Below the pieces are notes generated by a model, which was not told where the DNA came from, ran no database searches, and saw only the letters and a list, made by a program, of their open reading frames with translations. Below are positions 42,239 through 57,269 of a DNA stretch of 64,000 bases, piece after piece. A program made the translations under genes and the position numbers. This DNA comes from the human T2T-CHM13v2.0 reference genome, Homo sapiens, in assembly GCF_009914755.1 (NCBI RefSeq), contig NC_060927.1; one strand, 5' to 3'. Positions within the stretch are counted from its first letter, which is position 1. Each line of letters opens with the position of its first letter.

Positions 42239-45200
42239 GTAAGTTTTACAAATGTCTACCATCTATTTTAGGTGTATCATATTTTTACATATGAAGAGAG
42301 AAAACTTCAAAGTCGAACTAAGTAACTTTAAATTTAAGCTGATGGCCTTCATTACATTTTTAAATTCAGAATTAAGCATTTAAGGTATATTGGAATGTTC
42401 ATTTGAAAAAAATACTTTCTCATTGCATAGTTAGTATGTGGATATTTGGTGCTTTGAATTTTGAGAATCTAAGTTTGAGTGTTCTTTTTTGTAGTACACC
42501 AAAACTAATTGCATTGCAGTGGACTTTGGAAATAGCATTTTAATATACACATGTAAATAGTTCCAAATGTACAATCTGTTGCCCTTTGTATGCACAAGAC
42601 TCTCTTTGGAAAGTAGTTCCTGATTTGTACAGTTTGGGAAGATCAGTGTTAAACTTTTTCAATTTAGATTATACTTTCAGTTACCAAAAGAACAAATGTC
42701 TAGGTATTCTAATGTCAATACATGGGAGATATTTGATGACTTAAAAAATCTCAAATTTATTGGTATGAAATGTATAGAGTGGCAGCTTATTATAAGTAGA
42801 AATAACAGACAATTTTATAAAATTATATATGGGCTATTGAAATAGTACTTTTAGCATTATTGAAAATAATTAGTTTCAAAATGTTCAATTTAAATCTTCA
42901 AACCAGAAATAAAAAAAATGGTTTCTTCAAAAACATCTTTTAACTCCATCTTTTAGACTATCAAATTTGTAGTTCTATGATATTATTATATGACACAACC
43001 AACGAAGAAATAATACTTTGAATTACTACCCAGAATGACCCCAACAGATATTTTGATTAGCTATTCAATTTTTTTTCTAAGAGAACATATTGTCATTAAA
43101 AAGTAACTTTAACAAATCATGATTCTTTTCTCAGGCCAATTAAACTTAGTTTGGAACATTTATTTATGCAGAATCATTTATTTTAAAGCCTAATAAAATA
43201 TATTTTTATATAATTGTATTATAAAATTTATTTCCTTTAGTAGTTTTCTTCATATTTAAAAACCAGTAGTAAATGCAATTTACTCAGCTTGACCTCCAAT
43301 TCAAATATAATGGATTCTTTCTGTTATGGATAATTTCCAAGTGAATTACTGTTGCTTCTTAACTCTTCAGTAATTTGGCATTTGATTTTGGGATAAATGG
43401 TACTTACATTTTGACAGTGTATGAAGTGCATAATTTTAGAGGATGTAACAATTTTATATAAAGGAGACCTTAGTATACATTTTTGTCATCTTTGCTCAAT
43501 AGATCCACTGATAATTTCCATAATTGATGTCAGTATTTAAAAGGCCTCAGTTTTTGAAAAGAATGAAAGGTAGATTTATGATTTCAGTTTTTTTAAGTTT
43601 CATTTCCCAAAATTTTATTATTCTGCTTTGGTTTAATAGGTAAGTAGGACTTTTCACACACCATTGCATGTACCTCTGTGATTTTAAACTTAAATTGTTC
43701 CCTTATGGCAAACTGTATCCATTTGCAGCCCCTGATGAACTTTGAACAAATCATTCTGGTTTATTAAATTGTACATTCTAATCCAGAAGAATCCAAGACT
43801 CATGTCATAAAACGCATCTGCTTGCTGTGAAATGGTGTCAGATTTTATTCTGATTCAGAAATTTATTTGATCTTTGTCTCTGTCTCTCTGAAGGATGTGA
43901 CTCATTTGTGATATTGTCAGAAGTGTAACTTTTATATTTGCTGCTTTTTTTCCAAACATTTTAGTGATATATTTATAACTATTATCCAGCACACACATTT
44001 TTCTGTAGTTGAGATATTGTTGTCTATGTATTTATTTAAGCAGAAATTGTTGCTGTATGACAAACTACAAGCACATGTTTGCTTCTGTTTTGATAGCCTT
44101 TCAATCATTATTGAAACAGTCACCTGAACAGTAGAAAAATGTTCAGAGCTAAACTGTTAGATATTCACATTTCTTTTTCTTTCTTTCTTTTCTTTTTTAA
44201 ATAACATTCTGGTGGTAGCAGATGTATGTGAACAATCTTAAATTTAGTTGAGTGACATTTTGCTTTTCTTGCCAATGTAAAAATATGCTCCCAGATCTCT
44301 TTACTGTGGTCCACCCACCCTTGCAAGGGATTTATAACCTTTGGCTACAAAGAATGTAGGGGCATATTTATTTATGAAAGCCACCCTAGTTAGGATGCTT
44401 TGCAGGGTGGCTGAATATAGAGGCAGCTAATTGGCGGGTGTGGTTTTTACTGCTGATTTTAACCCTTTTTGGCACTAAGAAAGATTAGTTCATCTTGGAA
44501 ATAGTTCTTACATCCAAGGTATTCAGTCTCATCTCTGTTGCATCAGTCTCCATCACATATTCCTGTAGAAGCAACTCCCCTAGCTACAGTCCCAACAGGA
44601 GAAGTTCCAGTAGGGAAGAGCCTGAAACTGAAATGTGTTGCAAGAAGGTCCTAAATGGTAGCTTCTTAGAGGGACATAGGGATCCTTGGGGTTATTTCAG
44701 TGAGCAGGATGCTGATTGATTCCAAATGGGTTCTAGGCTTGTTTAGTATGTCTCTAACACTACAAGGGGCACAGTGGACATTAGAGGCTCAAGAGAGGTA
44801 CCCTAGCATCCCAGAGAATCACTATAGATTGATGATTCATCATAAAACTTTCTATCAAGTGATTTTTGTCCTCAGTTACTACATTTTACTGTTATTCCTT
44901 TCTCTGTCCCAATTTTATTTGCAAGGTACATTCCTACTTTGTATTACAGGATGGACCTAACTAGGTATGACCTGACTGATTTGAGATTTACATTAAATAT
45001 TACTAGAAATGATGGAGTAATCTTACCTTTTCCAGAGAATAGAAAAGAGCTTAGGGACTTTTCATGCAAGATATACACATTGCTGAAAGTCCAGGAATAT
45101 TATCCAAATAGAAATGTCTGGATATGATGCTTTTCTCACTTTGACTAATTTTTCAAATTCCAGTCCCTCTAAATGGATTTTACTCTCCCCCATAAGTAAA

Positions 45201-45994
45201 CTTAAGTTGCAGCATGTAAAGAACAAGTACACGTCCAGGCAGCCAGTCCTAGGGACGAAGTCAGCCCACTTCCATCTTGCCTAATTTGTCCTGTAATTCT
45301 GACTCTCATCTTGGATTTTTCACACCATCTCATCTACACTTTTGGAGTTGACTCACTACATCACACAGTGCCTGATTCCATTAATAAGACCCATCTTGAT
45401 GCAATACACATTTTGAATCCAACATTCTGGATTGACCTCAGTAGCATGCTTCTCTGGAATGCTGTTTTAGTGCTCGATCTCTGACTCCTGTGCACCACAA
45501 TGGCAGGAAAAAAAACCCCCACTTCTCCACCGGTTTCATTTTGTGTGCTTTGAAACTGATGGAACTGTACTGTGTAGAATACAATGTTGGTATAGAAAGC
45601 ATGTACATTGATTACCCATGATATAGTAAATATCTATTTTTAAAAGCAGTCAAAGACAGACTCAGCCTAATGATGTGACAGTAGATATAAAAGAATATAA
45701 AGCTTCAGTGCCTTAGTGCAATTCATACAAATTTGCTTATGTTTCATTTTTGTTAAGATTCCTGGAAATATAAATACAAGCATTGTATCTGGACTTTAGT
45801 ATGGCTTGGAAGAATTTTTTCTGATGTCTTGGTGGAGAAGATAAAGACCTGTGAATGGAATAATAATTTGGAGCTAGAAACCAATTTACTGACCCCTGGG
45901 CAAGGGAATTTCTATCAGAATATGTGACTAGTAAGGGACCTCAACACTGAGCAATCAGTGGAAGATTTATGGAGAAATTAAAAAATAATATTTA

Positions 45995-46286
<292 letters not shown>

Positions 46287-47440
46287 GGATGGAGCTATTT
46301 TTCAACGGTATAGGAATAAAGCATTGAGCTTCTCATCACCAGAAAGATGAGTCACACTGGATGACCCACATAAAAGATGCTATAGAAGGGGACTCCCTAA
46401 TGGTGTGTGTGCATGTGTAGCAGAAGGGCTATGTGATCTCTAAGGTCTTTTCCAACTTAGACATGGATAAGGGTCATCAGTGCAGTGTCATCTCATTTAA
46501 AAAAGAAAGCAATAATTTCTTCATTCAACAAATATGTACTGGGTACATACTCTTGTGATTACAAGAACTGAGATGATTAATCCTCCCTGAGCTCCTTGAG
46601 AAACCACCCACTTGAAAAGGAGTAAGGGGAAAACTGGGAAATAAAACCCCAGGTAGGTTTTATTTTAAACCTCAGGAGTTGGGAAAAACCCAGGAGGGAG
46701 AGTAAGATGCATCACTTGGATCTATTTGAGAAGGGAAAACTAGGTTAAAGGAGAAAAAAGCAGAACTGGAGTTATAATTTATCTTTTCATTATCTCTAGC
46801 ATAGAGATACTACAATGCATAAAAAAGAAATGAAAAATTTAGAATTCATTGATCACTAATCAATTCTATGATTCTATTTAGGACTGTCAAATCTCTAATG
46901 AGCTTTTTTGCTCTTTCGCCTGTATCCTTTCAATCTGTATAGCTATAGCTGCATCATATACCTTTAAAGATTCTGTTCCAATTGTCATCTATTCTTTTAT
47001 AAATTGGGAGAAATCCTGAAGCTGTAGACCATCAATTCAAGGGGTCAATATCAAGTCAGCATAGATACTGGCCCTGCTCTGAATTTGAATCTTTGCTTGA
47101 TTAATTTATCATACATGGTGAATCTAGGCTATGCTGTAACGAAGGGATCCCCAAAAGTATAATAGCTCACAAACAGCAGTTTTTTTCCTGTTTAGGCATC
47201 AGTACTGAAAGGGGAAGCAATACAGTGGGGTGACCCTTCTTCATATAGTCATTCAGAGAACCCAGGATGGTGGGAGCTGTGCCATCTTCAACACATGGCT
47301 CTCAAGACCACCTTACAGTTGTCTCCCTTCTAGCAAAATAGAAAGGAAAAAGGGCACATGTGGGAGGTTCTAGTGGGCCCATTCTGAAAGAGGCACACAT
47401 CACTCAACTCACATTCTTTTGACTGAACCCAGTCACATGC

Positions 47441-47803
47441 TGATATGGTTTGGCTGTGTCCCCACCCAAATCTCACCTTGAATTGTAGCTCCCATAATCC
47501 CCATGTGTCATGAGAGGACCCAATGGAGGGTAATTGAATCATGGGAGCAGGTTTTTCCTGTGCTGTTCTCATGATAGTGAGCAAGTCTCATGAGATCTGA
47601 TGGTTTTATAAAGGGCAGTTCCCCTGCACACACGCTCTTGCCTGCTGCCATGTAAGGTGTGCCTTTGCTCCTCCTTCACCTTCTGCCATGATTGTGAGGC
47701 CTCCCCAGCCATGTGAAACTGTGAGTTCATGAAACCTCTTTTTCTTTATAAATTACCCAGTCTCGGATATTTCTTCATAGCAGTATGAAAATGGACTAAT
47801 ACA
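47441..47803 (+). mobile_element. THE1-type MaLR solo LTR nested in an older MLT1-like LTR (about 47120-47905)
   Basis: tgatatggtttggctgtgtccccacccaaatctc...ggactaataca with exact TSD CATGC. The flanks agtcacatgc|catacctaactgcaagggaggctgagaaat continue an MLT1 motif. Confidence 0.92.
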
Positions 47804-50800
47804 CATGCCATACCTAACTGCAAGGGAGGCTGAGAAATATCCTACAGGTTACATAGAAATAAGAAAATAAAATAGATTTTAGAGCACTTAGTACTTTCTG
47901 CCATACCTGGACTTCTGTTCTACTGTGGGAAGACTTCTTCCTCCAAACCCACAGTTCCTGTTGCTGTAAACCTGGTATAGCCTGCTAGATCTGCTTGATG
48001 TTAATTTTACTGCAGCCTTGACCATTGCTAATTTCAGTCTTCCAGGTTGCAAACTATAGAACTTGACCCTAGGTAATTTAAGCTGAAAAATAATTTATTA
48101 GAAACACAACAGATAACTCACTAAATTGACAGGAAGGCTAGAGAATCAGGCTCAGAAAAAGGGAACTAAAGGAAGTTGGTTGGCCAGAAACCCATGGAAA
48201 GGCACACACAAGAGGCAACATTATTGGAATGCTGTTGGCCTCAGTACATTGGATGCAATGGTTACACAGTTCAAAAATACCCCTCACTTTTCTGAGACAC
48301 TTCTTCCAGATCCAAAGTCCTGAACTGGGCCATGCCATTGACTGGTTTAGATCATGCATTCAGGCCTGATTGCTAGAATTCAGGGAAGGGAATTTCTTCT
48401 ATAATGGGGGGTAGAGTCCTGGTGCTTACTGTAATATGCATAGCAGTGTATTCTGTAATTATGAGAGGGTCTCAGATAAACTAAAAAAGAAAAGCCAAAC
48501 TCCAGTGTCCCTGATGTTGTAAAATGCCCCTGATGTCACATTAGATCTTCTGATGACCATGGTGATTCTTGTTGACTCCAGTTGGCCACATGCCTAGACT
48601 ATGCTTTATTGCTATGCCTAGACTATGCCTTGTTGCCCCTCCTGGAATGTGTGTTTCCACCACTTTCACTGGTTTATTATACTAGCCTGCCTAGTAATCT
48701 CTATGAATCTTTCTCTGGCCCTTTTTGATGCTAGCTGAGCTTTTCAGGTCCTTTCCTAGAACACTTGGCCTTGTTTGGAGAATTTAATCTAGACCTGGGA
48801 CCTATGTGATAAGTTGCAGGGCCATCGCTCAGACATTTGACTCATCTCCTGGAGGGTTTTCTCATCTGTAAAATGAATAAGTCGGCTCAATTCCCGTTAG
48901 TCTCAAAGGGACACGAAAGCTTAACAAGATCGTGCTTCGAGATATTTGGAACACAGGGTGGCATTATCACATTATTATTTTCACAAGCTGTTAACCTGAA
49001 GGGGGAAAATAAAGAGTGGAAATTTAATGCCAGAGAGGTTTTGGCACTTTGTCAATTCAACATTAGCTTTGAGGGCTTTTGGAATTTTGCCTGAAATTTT
49101 CAACACCAAGTGGCTAAAAGCTGTGTTTTTCTGGGCTTGTGATATTCCTGTCCCCAGGGATGGCATTAAGCACTTGCGAAGGATGAACTGTGCCAGGCCT
49201 ATCTTCCAGTGTCCCACAAACAGACAAAAAAGCAATGCACACTCTAAATTGCTGTGCAAACCCACATTTTCTACTTGGAACAGCACCTCTGACTTGTGCC
49301 AGTAGAAAAGGGATGATGGGAAGGGAGTAATCCACGATTGCATGTGTTAAATACATTCCCTATGTGACATGTGGGGCAATCGTGGCTGTGGAGGCTTCTG
49401 TTTGGGTGCTTGGATGGACCCTACTGAAGATCACAGGACCTTTATAGGTCTTTCACAATCTCCCACATCAGTCTTTTTGAAAGAGAGCTATTGCTTATGC
49501 AAAAGTCGCCCTTGCCAACTAAACCAAAGACTGGGCTAATTAGAAGCTAGGAAAAAGAAATACATCCTCTTGGAACTTCATTTTGGGATTTTGGAAGGAA
49601 GAGAAAGGCAGGAAGACCTGCTAGAATCTGGGGAAACATTTATTCATTCCCTGTAATTAATGTTTAAGCTATGTGATCATAATTACACCGAAATATTCTA
49701 AGTGGTTTACTTTATTTGGACAAGAATTATTTTCAAATACATAGGATTCCACATATGCGCCTAAAACACATATGCACATATATTTAAAAAATAATATGCT
49801 TTATATATTAAAAGATGATAAATTTTCAGTGTCAAGAGCTAAAAAGTATAGTTTTGAATGAATGTGCTTACACTTCTTAATGTATGTACATTTTGTATTT
49901 TCATGAAGACCTACAAATCTGTGCTGTGTCAGTGGAAGAAGGGAGCTATTTACATTTTAGAGCAAAGTACAGTGATCACTAATTTATCAAAAACTGACAG
50001 GAAATGAGGCTTCTGTATAAATGAAATCTATCAATAATGGACGGTTACTTTTTTTTCAGTCAACACATTTTGAATGGCATTGTTTCTAAACTACATTGTA
50101 ATATTCTCTGTCTCATTTTATAGCAATGCCTATTCATTTATCGTTGTAATGTGTATATTCATTTTAGAAAATATGAAATGTTAAAAAATATATCTCACCA
50201 TTAATCCAACAAAGACCCCTATTGTTAACATTTCAGTGAATTTCCTTGGAGATTCCGAAATGTGTATACACTAGGTATTAGTATGAATATATATAAATAT
50301 AGCTCTTAAACATATTTTCAACATTTTTCACTGTGCTTTTAAAAACTTAATATTTTAATTTCTGTGTCATTAAAATTTCTTAAAGTTTTATGGTACAGTG
50401 TGAATGAGTAATATGAAATCACATAGACATATAATTTATTGAACTATGCCACTATAGTTATCAATGTCAACATTGAGTGTTCATGTATTTTCATATTTTT
50501 GTTTCCTTACAAGAGATTACTGTAAGTATAATAAAAATTTATATAACATTTTTAAGGATATTGATATATATTGTTACATCCCTAGAACTGTTGTGCTAGT
50601 TCTGTTAATTTAATAGATTGAAAGTGGCCTGTGTTTAAAACCTGAATTTCTTTTTTAGTTGTTGAGGCTTAACATTTTCACATTTTGTGGCCATGTTGAC
50701 TTATTCTGTGAATTGTCTATTGTTTCACTGAGATTTTATGTGTTAAATATTATGTATATATTATTAAGCTTTTGCATTCGTATATGTGAGATATATTTTC

Positions 50801-51000
50801 CTAGATTGCATATTTCAATCTTTAGAATTTTAAATTTTTTTTGGAAATAAAACCTACTTAGTATCCCATTCACCTATATATTTTTGTGTTTTTTGAAAAC
50901 TGGTTTCAACTTTATCATTTGTCTTAAGTTCATTGAAATTTTGGTGTATGGCATAATGAGAAATAATAGTCTTATTTTATTCCAAGTAGTTAACCCTTTA

Positions 51001-51089
51001 CCTGAGCACCATTTACTGAGTCCTTTGTTCTCTACTAGTTTGTAGTAGTTCGTAGCAGAGAACAAAGGACTCAGTAAATGGTGCTCAGG
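51001..51089 (+). ncRNA. MIR3919: Pre-miRNA hairpin hsa-mir-3919 (mature GCAGAGAACAAAGGACUCAGU, about 51055-51075)
   Basis: Perfect 33-bp inverted arms (51001-51033 / 51057-51089) with a 23-nt loop. The sequence and intronic location match my recollection of MIR3919. Confidence 0.85.
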
Positions 51090-51424
51090 AATCTTTACCA
51101 TATGTTAAAAATAAATCCATTAGAATCTGTTTCTGAACTACCTTCATGAATAGACATGGTTTCACATGTCTATTCTAGTACCTATATTTTACTGTCTTAA
51201 ATATTACATTTATATGATGAATTTTAATATCTAGCAGGGAATTCTCCACTTCATATATTTTCATGTTCTTGGATGGTCAGACTCATTCCAGATAAACTCT
51301 ACAATTGTATAGTTAAGAAATTATTTAGAGACTTTAATAGCAATTGCATCAAATCTGTAAACTAATATAAGAACTGATACCTTTGCAAATTTGTTCTTAC
51401 CATCTAGGAACGCTGTGTAGATAA

Positions 51425-51997
<573 letters not shown>

Positions 51998-52815
51998 TAA
52001 TATAGGAAGCGATGGCTTTTTGTTGTATTGATTTGTATCTTTTCAATTTATTAAAATCTCTTAATAGTACTTCAGAATTTTTTTAGTGGATTCTTTCGAG
52101 GTTGTTAACCATGTAATTTTCTCAACTGCAAATAATACTAAATTGCCTCTTCCTTTCCAAAAGTCTTATTGTATTGATTAGAAAATTCAACCTAAGCAAA
52201 ATAGGTTGTCTTATTATCCATAGTTGATGCGATGAGTTATGGTCTGTTCTTGCATTGTGGTATTGCTGTTTGGTTTTAACGGGTAGTTCTTTATATGTTG
52301 CTTTTTATTTCTATTTTATGGTATGTTGTTTAAGTTTTTACATCTCTGCTTAAAAACGAAATTCACCTGTAGTTTGTATTTCTTTCAAGTTTGAATCAGG
52401 GCTGTGCAAGCTTCGTAAAATGAAAAGCTTCCTAGATTTTCCTTTGGTCTCTAATTCCATATAGCATGGTAATTACATGTTCCTTGAAAGTTTGAAAAAA
52501 ATTCTTGATAAAACCGTACAGCCACAATGTCTTTTCTTATAAATACTTTAAAATAACATTTTCATTTCTTCCATGGTTATTAGATATTCAGGTTTTCTAC
52601 AATATCATAAGTAAATTCTGCTACTTACTTTCCAAGATATATAAGTGAATATCTTGAGATTAACTATCATATTATTTTGTTTAAAATTTCTCTCTGCATA
52701 CTCCTTTATTACTTTTAATATTTATAATTTTGTTAATTGAAATTTTATAAGAATCAGCTATTGTGTTAATCAATTCTGTATTTTCTAATTAATACACTTT
52801 GATATTTTAATGTAA

Positions 52816-53202
<387 letters not shown>

Positions 53203-53654
53203 TAGTTAATTTATTTGTTTTGATGAATTAATATTTTAACAACAAAGTTAAGGTTTTGAATTTGTTCTAATTCAGTTGTGTTCTCGATCTAATAAGCAGT
53301 ATCCTCATTTTCTTTATATTGTAAAGATTTTGTAATTACATATTTTTTCCTATAACTCAACTATTATAGAAACATTTAAAATTTTTGTTTAATGACAATT
53401 CTAAAAATGTTAAATATTAAGACAATAATTTCTTATTTTGTTAAATTGAAGCCATCAAAGATGGCCTTTACAATTTTTACTTTGGGGTATTTGTGTAGGG
53501 ATCGTTTTTTAGTTTCATATAGAAATATAATCCTACATTCTACTGATACTTGAAAAGAGTTTCTGATCTTTCTTTTTAAGGTACAAAGAGTTCTTATGTT
53601 AACTAATTAATCAAATATTCACATTCTTGATTCCTACTTTATTTTTTGTTTCCG

Positions 53655-53737
53655 TGATAGATAACAGGGATTCCCTGATAGATAACAAATAGATAGATAT
53701 CTATTTGCTGATAGATAACAGATAACTGATAGATAAG
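53655..53737. repeat. Cluster of TGATAGATAA(CA) repeats with internal inverted repeats
   Basis: Four copies at 53655, 53676, 53709 and 53727, plus caaatagata-ga-tatctatttg. Confidence 0.85.
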
Positions 53738-54424
53738 TTACAAAACTTATTCTCAACATTTCTGAGTTATTTTATTTTAACTGATCATTTCATAAGCAGT
53801 ATGTAGCTGAATTTTGTTTTAAACATAAACACAAGTTGTTTTCACTAATCAAGAGCTCATTTTAATAACATAAGAACAAGCTATTATTAAGTTTGATCTT
53901 CTTTTGCCTTGTTTTTGTTTTGTGTTTCTCATATTTCATTGCTTTTTTTGTTTCTCATATCAATTATATTTTATTTTATTTATTGTCTCAAATAAATTGG
54001 AATAGAAACATTCAATTTTTATTCTGTTGGTAGTTAATTACAGATGTGTAATAATAATACATGTATCTAGTTTTAATAATAAAAACTAAAATTTCATGTT
54101 AATTTATCCTTCTGCAATATTTTAAGTGAATATTCACTCATTCAATAAACATTTGTTGAGGACCTACTCCTTGCTGGGCATTGACCTAGCATTGGGAGTA
54201 CAATAGAAACCAGGATAGAGGCATTTCCTATTCTCTTTAGTTTCTCCCCTATCTCATTATTCTCCTTTTCACTTCTCAGTTTGTTGTTTCTATATCTCTT
54301 TTATTTATATTTAAAACTTATCTTTCAAGAACTATTTTTTGACATATGCATTGTTTTGTGATCTTTTAACAACAGTTAATTAGATTTAGTGTATATTTTA
54401 TTCATTGTGTTTATTCATGTATTT

Positions 54425-55610
54425 TTTACTTTTATTTTAAATTCAGGGGTAAATGTGCAGGTTTGTTGTAAATAGGTAAATTCCATGTCATGGGGGTTTG
54501 GTGTATAAACTATTTTGCCACCCAGGTAATAAGCGTAGTACCTGATAATTTAGTTTTTTGATGCTCATCCTCCTTCCTCCCTCCAGCTTCAAGTAGGCCC
54601 TGGTGTCTGTTGTTCCTTTCTTTGTGTCCATGTGTTCTCATCATTTAGCTCCCACTTATAAGTGAGAACATGTGGTATATGGTTGTCTGTTCCTGTGTTA
54701 CTTCACTTAGGATAATGGCCTCTAGCTGCATCCAGGTTGCTGCAAAAGACATGATTTCATTCTTTTTGTGGCTGTTTAGTATTCCATGGTGTATATATAC
54801 CACATTTTCTTTATCCAGTCTACTATTGACAGGCATTTAGGTTGACTCTGTGTTTTTGCTGTTGTGAATAGCACTGCGATTAGCATACATGAGCATGTGT
54901 CTTTATGGCAGAATGATTTATATTCCTTTGGGTATATACCTAATAATAGGATTGTTGGGTAGAATGATAATTCTGCTTCGAGTTCTTTGAGAAATGGCCA
55001 AACTGCTTTCCATAGTGGCTGAACTAATGTACATTTCTACCAGCAGTGTGTAAGTGTTCCCTTTTCTCTGCAATCTTACCAGCACCTGTTATTTTTTGAC
55101 TTTTTAATAATGATCATTCAGACTGGTATGAGATGGTATCTTATTGTGGTTTTGATTTACATTGCTCTAATGATTAGTGATGCAGCATTTTTTCATATGC
55201 TTGTTGGCCACATGTATGTCTTCTTTTGAAAAGTGTCTGTTCATGTCCTTTGCCCACTTTTTAATGGGGTTGTTTTCTGCATGATGGTTTGTTTAAGTTC
55301 TTTATAGATTCTGGATATTAGACCTTTGTTGGATGCACACTTTGCAGATATTTTCTCCCATTCTGTAGGTTGTCTGTTTACTCTGGTGATAGTTTCTTTT
55401 ACTGTGCCGAAGCTCTTTAGTTTAGTTAGGTCTCATTTGTCAATTTTTGTTTTTGTTGGAATTGCTCTTGGCATCTTTGTCATGAAATTTTTGCCAGGTC
55501 CTATGTTCAGAATGATATCTCCTAGGTTATCTTCCCTTGTTTTAATAGTTTTAAGTTTTATACTTAAGTCTTTAATCCATTTTGAATTGATTCTTATATA
55601 TAGTATAAGG
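54425..55610 (-). mobile_element. L1 3' end (old L1PA/L1PB-type): 3' UTR and ORF2 C-terminus
   Basis: cccacttataagtgagaacatgtggtat, and translated ..KKNEIMSFAATWMQLEAIILSEVTQEQ. Confidence 0.92.
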
Positions 55611-56829
55611 ATTTTTAACTATTGTTTATACTATACTTTTTCTATTCTTATATTTATTTTTATTTTATTTCACTTTTTGAGACAGACAAAAAATCTTTAT
55701 ATACTTGAATATCAGATAATGTGTTTTTGGGGCACTTGTGCATGAATTTTAGCTGGGCTGGGTATAAAACTGTTGACTCTTCATGATTCATTGAAATATT
55801 CCATAATTATTGCTTTATTATCTTTTAGTAATTTGTGTTGAAGAAAATTTTAATGAATATATAGTTTTTATTTTTATATTATTATTGGAGAATAAACCGC
55901 ATTCTATTTTAAATTACTGTCTAGCACAAGATAATTATAATAGCTAAAATTTATACCGCATTGCTATATGCTAAGCGTTCGTCTAAGTATTTTACATATG
56001 CTAACTCCTTTAAGTCCTTTTATAATTATAGCAATCCTATAAAATGGGAACTGTAATTATTCTCATTTTACAGGTGAAGAATCTGGGTCACAGAGATGCT
56101 AAGTAACTTTTTCTGACTACATGGAGAGTGGCAAGTGAAGCTAAAAGGCAGCCAGCTCAGCATGCTGGATCTTAACTTCCATGCTCTGATGCCTGTACTA
56201 TTAATAAACAAATATTTTTCAACTTAAATAGGAAAGTAAATGAAAATATTAAATTGTTTTCTGTAGGGTTCAAAACAGCTTCATGTATGATATCAATTTC
56301 TTGGTATTTTTCTTGACTTCTTTCAGAACATAATATACTTGCTTGATAAAAGTAGGGAAAAGATGAGAAAGAGAAGAAGAAAAGTATTGATGTGCTAGAG
56401 GTGGCATATGGTGTCCGATTTGATCTTCTCAATACCACTTTGAGGTATACTACATGAAATAAAATTGTAGAATCATGTCATACGAGTTCAAGTCCAGTGT
56501 TATTCCCTCTGCACTGTGAGTCTGAAGGACAGTCTATGTGCAGGCTGTAAAGAAGAAATCAAAGACAACCACACTCTCAGCTATACTCCTACACATGAAT
56601 AAAGTTACTTTTAGCAATATAATTTTTAAAAAATAAATAACATATTTCTAATTTAAAACGATGCCTAGCTAGTATCCCCTCATGCAACTGCTTCTAATTC
56701 TCCATTAGCATACCTACGAAGTCACAGTAAAAAATGAAAATGAATATTACCATTGAAATCACAGATGACTGATAACCTTTTGCTAGGATCTTAGAGGCAT
56801 GTGCACTGACAATAGAATCAATGAAGGTG

Positions 56830-57091
56830 CCTGTAACCCCAGCACTTTGGGAGGCCGGGGCGGGCGGATCATCTGAGGTTGGGAGCTCGAGATCAGCCTG
56901 ATCAACATGGGGAAACCCAGTCTCTACTAAAAATACAATATTAGCTGGGCATGGTGGCACATGCCTATAATCCCAGCTACTCAGGAAGGCTGAGGCAGGA
57001 GAATTGCTTGAACTTTGGAGGCAGAGGTTGCAGTGAGCCGAGATTGCGCCAGCCTGGGCAACAAGAGCGAAACTCGGTCTTGAAGAAAGAA
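56830..57091 (+). mobile_element. Alu, 5'-truncated by about 22 nt
   Basis: 16-bp TSD agaatcaatgaaggtg. Confidence 0.95.
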
Positions 57092-57269
57092 AGAATCAAT
57101 GAAGGTGGACAACATTGAGAACACATGCTTCAGCTCATGAATGAAGCAACCTCAAAATCTGAACTGGCAAGGTGAATGGGAATGGTCTGATTGTGGTGAG
57201 GGTAGTCAGATTTTTGTTGCTCCCTCCCCATGCTCCATACACCGCACCACCTTTCTTTAGTCACATTAA

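Noticed and set aside
48590-48637. 24-nt tandem duplication atgcctagactatgc...
   Set aside because: An ordinary two-copy slippage duplication with no further structure.
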